This document shows positions 44,919-50,329 of a stretch of DNA of 50,329 nt, one piece after another. Both the position numbers and the translations under genes were made by a program. The stretch's first letter is position 1, and each line of letters opens with the position of its first letter. The notes below the pieces were generated by a model that worked only from the letters and a program-made list of their open reading frames with translations, made no database searches and was not told where the DNA came from. This DNA is from an uncultured Syntrophaceae bacterium. GTDB lineage: Bacteria > Desulfobacterota > Syntrophia > Syntrophales > UBA2185. Location: the NCBI GenBank assembly GCA_903893135.1, contig CAITLA010000065.1:1-50329 (forward strand), given 5' to 3'.

Positions 44919-46634
44919 TTGATCGAACGATTCCTTGAATATTTGAAAATATTTCCAAGAGCGCTGAAGAATCGAACTGTTCGTGAGGTCAGTCAGATAA
45001 TGAGCCCAACGTCAGTGGAAAGAGGGAAGCCAGCCGGATCCGGCCCCAAAAGCGTCGCTAAAACACCTTCATCATCGGCCAGCTATCGAACGGTTACCTT
45101 CGACAAGAGCTGCGCCATTCCGACGAATCTGCTCAATACCCTGAAATACCAGTATCTTCGCCGTGAGCTATGGATACCCCTGGAAAATAGAGAGGGAAGA
45201 ATCACAGTCGTGCTGGATGATCCCGCAAATATACTGAAACGGGATATGATAGAAAACCTTTTGAAAACAAAGGAAGTAGATTATTGCGCGGCAACAAAAG
45301 CCGACATCCTGAAGTTCATCGATCACTTCTATGGTATTGAGGACGGCGGGCAATTTCTTTCTTCCAACCGGATGATGGACACTGCCGAAGAGGACGAAGG
45401 TTTTAAGGAAGAACAGCTTGCCGGTGATGCATCGGACAGCAACATTATCAATCTCGTCAATGATATGATTGACGAAGCTTTTGTCAGGCGTGCCTCGGAT
45501 ATCCATATAGAGCCGGACATAAAAGACCGGGTGGTCAATGTGCGCTTCAGGATAGATGGCGAATGTATACATTATAAGACGCTGCCTTATGATTACCGTT
45601 CGCCCATTGTATCCCGGATAAAGATTATGTCCTATCTGGATATCACCGAGCGCAGACTTCCGCAGGACGGGAAAATAAAATACACCAGGCTAGGGGGTGA
45701 CGAGATAGAACTGCGAGTTGCCACGCTTCCCACGCATGGATTCGTGGAGGATGTGGTTCTTCGGATTCTCACACGCGGGAAGATCATGAAACTGAACGAC
45801 TTGCAGATGGAGCCAGATACCCATGAACGCTTTAGAGCCCAGCTGAAAAAACCATATGGGCTAATCCTGATTGTAGGACCTACGGGATCCGGCAAGACCA
45901 CTACTGCCCATGCGGCGCTGCACCTGATCAACAGGCCAAATATGAAGATATGGACTGCGGAAGACCCTGTAGAAATTACCCAACAGGGGATACGCCAGGT
46001 CCAGGTACATCACAAGATCGGGCTGGATTTCAGCAGCGCCATGCGGGCGTTCCTGCGCGCCGACCCGGATGTGATTATGGTAGGGGAGATGCGGGATTAT
46101 GAAACTGCCAAAATGGGTATAGAGGCCTCCACTACGGGCCACCTCGTATTAAGCACACTCCATACCAATAACGCCCCGGAGACGATCGTCCGGCTTCTGG
46201 ACATGGGAATAGACCCGTTTGCCTTTGCCGATTCTCTCCTGTGCGTCCTGGCACAAAGGCTGGTGCGGAGTCTGTGCAGTACATGCAAGGAAGCCTACCA
46301 TCCGGAGAAAAAAGAGTTTGATGATTTAGTACACCACTACGGTGAAAAATCTTTTTCCGGCCTTAATGTCAACTATGGTGATGATTTTAAGTTATATCGG
46401 GCTAAAGGTTGTCCGGAATGTAACGGCATGGGCTACAGGGGAATGATGGGGCTTTATGAACTGCTGGTGGCTACAGACACCATCAAGCAGATGATTATCA
46501 GCCGGAAATCTATCGCTGCTATCCGCAAGAATGCGACAGCCGAGGGGATGCACACCCTCCTTCAGAGCGGTATTATGAAAGTGCTAAAAGGAGAGACTGA
46601 CCTCATCGAAGTTCTAAGCGTCTGTATTCGGTGA
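44919..46634 (+). CDS. GspE/PilB-family type II/IV secretion ATPase
   Basis: The 571-aa ORF has a T2SSE N-domain, Walker A (GPTGSGKTTT), the Asp/His boxes, and a tetracysteine motif (CSTC...CPEC). The start is uncertain: TTG at 44919 or ATG at 45000. Confidence 0.9.
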   Translation: MIERFLEYLKIFPRALKNRTVREVSQIMSPTSVERGKPAGSGPKSVAKTPSSSASYRTVTFDKSCAIPTNLLNTLKYQYLRRELWIPLENREGRITVVLDDPANILKRDMIENLLKTKEVDYCAATKADILKFIDHFYGIEDGGQFLSSNRMMDTAEEDEGFKEEQLAGDASDSNIINLVNDMIDEAFVRRASDIHIEPDIKDRVVNVRFRIDGECIHYKTLPYDYRSPIVSRIKIMSYLDITERRLPQDGKIKYTRLGGDEIELRVATLPTHGFVEDVVLRILTRGKIMKLNDLQMEPDTHERFRAQLKKPYGLILIVGPTGSGKTTTAHAALHLINRPNMKIWTAEDPVEITQQGIRQVQVHHKIGLDFSSAMRAFLRADPDVIMVGEMRDYETAKMGIEASTTGHLVLSTLHTNNAPETIVRLLDMGIDPFAFADSLLCVLAQRLVRSLCSTCKEAYHPEKKEFDDLVHHYGEKSFSGLNVNYGDDFKLYRAKGCPECNGMGYRGMMGLYELLVATDTIKQMIISRKSIAAIRKNATAEGMHTLLQSGIMKVLKGETDLIEVLSVCIR

Positions 46635-46741
46635 GACCTTGCAAACTCTTCTTCTGCCCGTGCATTACCTGGCTTGTTATTATTTCCCTATGATACCAGT
46701 TGTATTGTGATCACAGGAATACATCTAAACGGAGGTGTCTT

Positions 46742-47554
46742 ATGGCAGCAAGGAAAAGAGTATCTGCAATTAAAAAGAAGTTGGCCAAAAAAAGCGGCTA
46801 TGGCTGGGTGCCTGATTTGCCGGATCATCGCGACTTTATATATAGCGCGGTGCTCCGCGTGCCTGCGAGACTCCCTCGATCGATGGACTTGCGCTATCTC
46901 TGCTCCAGGGTCGAAGATCAGGGGCAATTGGGCAGTTGCACAGGGAACGCCCTTGCAGGAGCGCTGGAATTTCTGGAACGGAAAGATAAGGTCTCCTTTG
47001 TGGATTTCAGCAGGCTCTTCATTTACTATAACGAGCGCCTTATTGAACACACCGCTAAAGCCGACACGGGCGCCATGATCCGTGATGGCATCAAGACGCT
47101 TGCGAAACAGGGCGTGTGCTCTGAGAAGACATGGCCGTATATAATCTCGAAATTCGCAGTCAAACCCAATGCCGCATGTTATAAAGAGGCGCTGCAGCAC
47201 AGAATCACGTCCTATCACCGCATCATGACACTTGACGAGATGCGTGCATGCCTTGCCGGAGGATTTCCGTTTGTTTTCGGGTTTAGCGTTTATGAAAGCT
47301 TTGAGTCGCAGGCGGTGGCGCGGACAGGTATCGTGAACATGCCGAAGCCCAGAGAAGGTCAGGTTGGCGGGCATGCGGTGATGGCGGTCGGATACGATGA
47401 CTCCAAGAAGAGGTTCATCGTCCGCAATTCATGGGGAGATGATTGGGGGATGAAAGGGTATTTTACAATTCCCTATCAATACGTTGCTGACAGAAACCTC
47501 TCGGATGATTTTTGGACGATCCGCCGTGGCGGACAGATGGCAAGCAAAAAGTAG
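46742..47554 (+). CDS. papain-like (C1 family) cysteine peptidase
   Basis: ACGGAGG lies upstream of the ATG at 46742. The catalytic residues are in QGQLGSCTGNA (Cys), GGHAVMAVGYD (His) and VRNSWG (Asn). I see no obvious signal peptide. Confidence 0.85.
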   Translation: MAARKRVSAIKKKLAKKSGYGWVPDLPDHRDFIYSAVLRVPARLPRSMDLRYLCSRVEDQGQLGSCTGNALAGALEFLERKDKVSFVDFSRLFIYYNERLIEHTAKADTGAMIRDGIKTLAKQGVCSEKTWPYIISKFAVKPNAACYKEALQHRITSYHRIMTLDEMRACLAGGFPFVFGFSVYESFESQAVARTGIVNMPKPREGQVGGHAVMAVGYDDSKKRFIVRNSWGDDWGMKGYFTIPYQYVADRNLSDDFWTIRRGGQMASKK

Positions 47555-47842
47555 CGATAAAGCTCATAACCGATAATCTATCATGTCCGTATTCATATTT
47601 CGATGATGCTGGCGGCTGACTACCACCTGCTCCCCGTGCCGTTGCATTGCTACTTTAACGAGCCGGTGCCGCCCCTCGATAAAGGAATTTAAATTCACGC
47701 TTGCCCATAATCTTTAGACCTGCTGCATGATATTCTTCGTATATAGGAGAAAAAAGTGTACAAGCATCTTGGCCGGAGACAGGCTTGCTTGACAGACGCG
47801 TTACGACAAGCAAATATCTTGACGAGTGTATAAGAGTACAGA

Positions 47843-49150
47843 ATGATCGACTGGTTATTACATCTTCCCGCATATAGTAAGGTAGGCGTGTCCTTTTTGG
47901 GGATATTGTTGCTTAACTCGTCTGGTGTGCCGTTGGGTCTCGCTATCCTTCTCTTTTCTATTCTTCTGCCCTTGTGGGCAGGCACTGGCATGGGCGGCCT
48001 TTACTACCAGATCGCAAGCTTCGGCGAGCCGCAGAATTATATACTGCCGGTAATCATCCTCCTGCTTTTGTTCTTTACTGAATCCTTGAGCAAGACAGGT
48101 CGGATGGATCGCACGATTGCGGCCCTCAAAGAATGGCTGAAGAGCAAACATATCATCCTGGCGGGACTACCCGCGTTGGTGGGACTCCTTCCCATGCCCG
48201 CTGGCGCCCTCTTCTCCGCGCCTTTTGTAGCTGCTGTCGATGAAAGCGGGGAACTCGAATTGTCTCACAAGGTGGCAATCAATTACTGGTTCCGGCATAT
48301 CTGGGAATACTGGTGGCCCCTCTATCCCGGTGTCATCCTTGCGATGCAGTATTCCAGGCTTCCGGTAATTGCGTATTTTCTCATACAGATACCCTTTACC
48401 ATCGTCGCAGTGATCAGCGGGTATATATTTATTCTGCGGAGAATTAAGAAAGAAGACGACAAGGGCGTTGGTTATGGAAAGATAGACACCGGTGAAGTCC
48501 TCTCGGCAATGGGGCCCATCGGACTGCTTGTCATGATATCACTTGTGGGATCGGCGATTCTTCCCCTCATGGGCATTGAGGGCACGCTGGCAAATTTAAT
48601 AGCCATGCTGGTTGGCCTCATCGCTGCGCTTGCCGCTATCTTCTCCGGCCATGCTGCAGCGTTCCGTCCGTCGCTCCGCATGCTGATGCGCATAGACACC
48701 TGGTTTATGATAGCACTTGTCGTGGGAATTCAGGCCTTCTCTGTGGCCCTCGTGTGTCCTGTTGATGCAACCGGGGCGACATTGATAACCGGGATGCGGG
48801 ACGAATTTATCCGAACAGGCATCCCCCTGATCACGGTCATCATGCTGATTCCCTTTATCTCCGGCATGGTGACGGGAGTTGCTTTCGGCTTTGTCGGCGC
48901 CAGTTTTCCGATTGTGTTTGCCCTCATTGGATCGGAACCGACAACCGGTCTGCTGGCTGCTACTACTGTGTTTGCTTACTCCTTCGGATACATGGGAATG
49001 ATGCTTTCCCCCATGCACGCCTGCTTCGTGGTTACCGCAGAATATTTTTGTGTGACTGTATTCGGTGCTTACCGGTATATTATCTGGCCGGTGATCAGCA
49101 TTCTTATCACTTCGATTATACTGTCAGGCCTCTATTATGTTACATTCTGA
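47843..49150 (+). CDS. polytopic membrane protein (DUF401-like putative transporter)
   Basis: The 435-aa ORF has many TM helices and an MPAGALFSAP stretch that I associate with DUF401. The family assignment is from memory. Confidence 0.7.
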   Translation: MIDWLLHLPAYSKVGVSFLGILLLNSSGVPLGLAILLFSILLPLWAGTGMGGLYYQIASFGEPQNYILPVIILLLLFFTESLSKTGRMDRTIAALKEWLKSKHIILAGLPALVGLLPMPAGALFSAPFVAAVDESGELELSHKVAINYWFRHIWEYWWPLYPGVILAMQYSRLPVIAYFLIQIPFTIVAVISGYIFILRRIKKEDDKGVGYGKIDTGEVLSAMGPIGLLVMISLVGSAILPLMGIEGTLANLIAMLVGLIAALAAIFSGHAAAFRPSLRMLMRIDTWFMIALVVGIQAFSVALVCPVDATGATLITGMRDEFIRTGIPLITVIMLIPFISGMVTGVAFGFVGASFPIVFALIGSEPTTGLLAATTVFAYSFGYMGMMLSPMHACFVVTAEYFCVTVFGAYRYIIWPVISILITSIILSGLYYVTF

Positions 49151-49206
49151 CCGCAGATAAAGCAAGTATTGCCAAGAGACAGGGCGGCCTTGTGCTGATT
49201 AATCCA

Positions 49207-50329
49207 TTAGATGCTTGGTGTGGGCACATCTACCCAGGCAGTAGATCTCTTAACGGGAACCACGTTGACAATTGCGCCTGTCCGGGCATTTAAGTCAATG
49301 GCATAAAGTGGCGTTCTCGTCGCGCCGAATGATAATAATGCAGATCCCGACAGACGCTTCCCATTACCATCGTCTACCTCGTCGATAATGACCCGCCTAT
49401 ACGGACAAGCATTGCAATCCAAAGCCGGCTCATCTATGTTAATGGGGCAGTGGTGTCTTCTTGCGATTGTTGGGTCGACATTATGCATCTTAGCCATGTG
49501 AAAAGATGGAGAGCTTCTCAGATGTTCGAAAGGATGCAAGACCCATTCGCTTATCATGGCAAAGGTATTGTGCTGCTTGAAGAGATGAAATTCCCCTCCC
49601 GTATCCGCGATCATGCCCTGCATGATGTAATCCGCAGGCATCATGTACGCCAGGTAATTCTTGTTATCAGACAATTTTATCTTGCCGTCTCTCTCTCCTT
49701 GAAGAATAGTCTGTATTGCACCTGCATTCATAGCAGCGTCTTCCGGCAAAAGAGATAGGATGGTAAGATTTGTGTTTGCTTCAAAGGGAAGGGATCGCAA
49801 AGTTATCGCCCTCAAGATGAATCCCGACCCTATCACTGCAGTGATGATCAGTGTGGAAACAACGACATGTCTGAGAGGGCTCCTGGGGATGACATGGCTC
49901 ATAAAAGAAAAATATCTCTCAACCTTCTTAGGGAGAAACATGCCCGTACTGCTCAAATACTTTTCGTAGGACTCTCCATAAAGGTTCAGCATCCTTTTCT
50001 CTTCATCTTTCGCCAAGACATAGTAAAGGACGAACATCACGGAAAGGCTTGCCAGCACTATAAATCGGGGCCAGAGAATGCTCATCCCTATACCCCATAT
50101 GCCAAGCAAGAGATATTGAGGATGCCTGATATACTTGTAAAGTCCTTTATCCGCTATGCCCCACCTGAACAACTTACCCAGATAGACCTGTAAGGCACAA
50201 GCTATGAATGCGGCGGCGCCAATTATAAAAAAAGCGGAACCTGCGATGCGAATGGTCCTGAGGAAAAGGGTTGGCGGTAATATCATATGAGGCAGGAAGA
50301 AGGCAGTAAGCCATCTTGTTGCGGGAAAC
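49207..50329 (-). CDS. ICMT/PEMT-like methyltransferase membrane domain fused to an uncharacterised C-terminal domain; 5' end outside window
   Basis: The ORF has the GLYKYIRHPQYLLLG motif. The frame stays open upstream of the track Met (…FPATRWLTAFFLPH-MILPP…) to the window edge, and there is no RBS before 50286. The C-terminal ~220 aa carry HHCPINIDEPALDCNACPY. Confidence 0.7.
   Translation of the reverse strand, partial: FPATRWLTAFFLPHMILPPTLFLRTIRIAGSAFFIIGAAAFIACALQVYLGKLFRWGIADKGLYKYIRHPQYLLLGIWGIGMSILWPRFIVLASLSVMFVLYYVLAKDEEKRMLNLYGESYEKYLSSTGMFLPKKVERYFSFMSHVIPRSPLRHVVVSTLIITAVIGSGFILRAITLRSLPFEANTNLTILSLLPEDAAMNAGAIQTILQGERDGKIKLSDNKNYLAYMMPADYIMQGMIADTGGEFHLFKQHNTFAMISEWVLHPFEHLRSSPSFHMAKMHNVDPTIARRHHCPINIDEPALDCNACPYRRVIIDEVDDGNGKRLSGSALLSFGATRTPLYAIDLNARTGAIVNVVPVKRSTAWVDVPTPSI

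Noticed and set aside
46688-47374. A 228-aa minus-strand ORF.
   Set aside because: It is antisense to the papain-like peptidase gene, which has an intact catalytic triad.
1-50329. A search for CRISPR arrays, tRNA or rRNA genes, IS elements, integrases and prophage genes.
   Set aside because: I noticed none by eye in the intergenic regions or among the ORF translations. This was not an exhaustive computational scan; tRNAscan-SE, Infernal and ISfinder should be run to confirm.

Overview
This 50.3-kb chromosomal segment carries about 55 protein genes. I saw no rRNA, tRNA, CRISPR array, transposase or integrase by eye. The gene content points to a strictly anaerobic, selenocysteine-using bacterium, plausibly of the Desulfobacterota/syntroph type; that taxonomy is inference only. 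The supporting genes are two 4-hydroxybutyryl-CoA dehydratase paralogs, a DUF134 plus NifX-like pair, an HdrD-like CCG protein, a C_GCAxxG_C_C protein, a radical SAM/SPASM enzyme, and in-frame UGA codons followed by SECIS-like hairpins. From 0 to 23 kb the window holds thiol, Fe-S, redox and acyl-CoA metabolism genes and a Fur-family regulator heading a Tat-MBL/membrane-protein operon. From 23.6 to 29.4 kb there is a tripartite RND efflux operon. The stretch 29.4-37.1 kb is accessory. Its first part is an AT-rich minus-strand cassette of four ORFs (243, 964, 177 and possibly 110 aa) that I cannot assign to any family; this is my top candidate for an undescribed, defence- or conflict-type system. 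Its second part is a 2.8-kb module (ArsR, small membrane protein, Met/Cys-rich protein, PAS, PilZ) bracketed by a 65-nt direct repeat. From 37 to 50 kb the genes are a pbpG-like peptidase, a metallophosphoesterase, an aldolase plus Zn-ADH pair, flavodoxin, nitroreductase, an orphan GspE/PilB-type ATPase, a papain-like peptidase, and membrane proteins. Other notable points: a MerB-like gene has both catalytic Cys codons replaced by UGA; an NADH-oxidase/CoA-disulfide-reductase-like gene has UGA at the redox Cys, with a Cys paralog 16 kb away; the ArsR gene is interrupted by an in-frame TGA; a PAS-LuxR regulator is decayed; and several real-looking ORFs under 60 aa, plus two edge-truncated genes, are missing from the ORF track.
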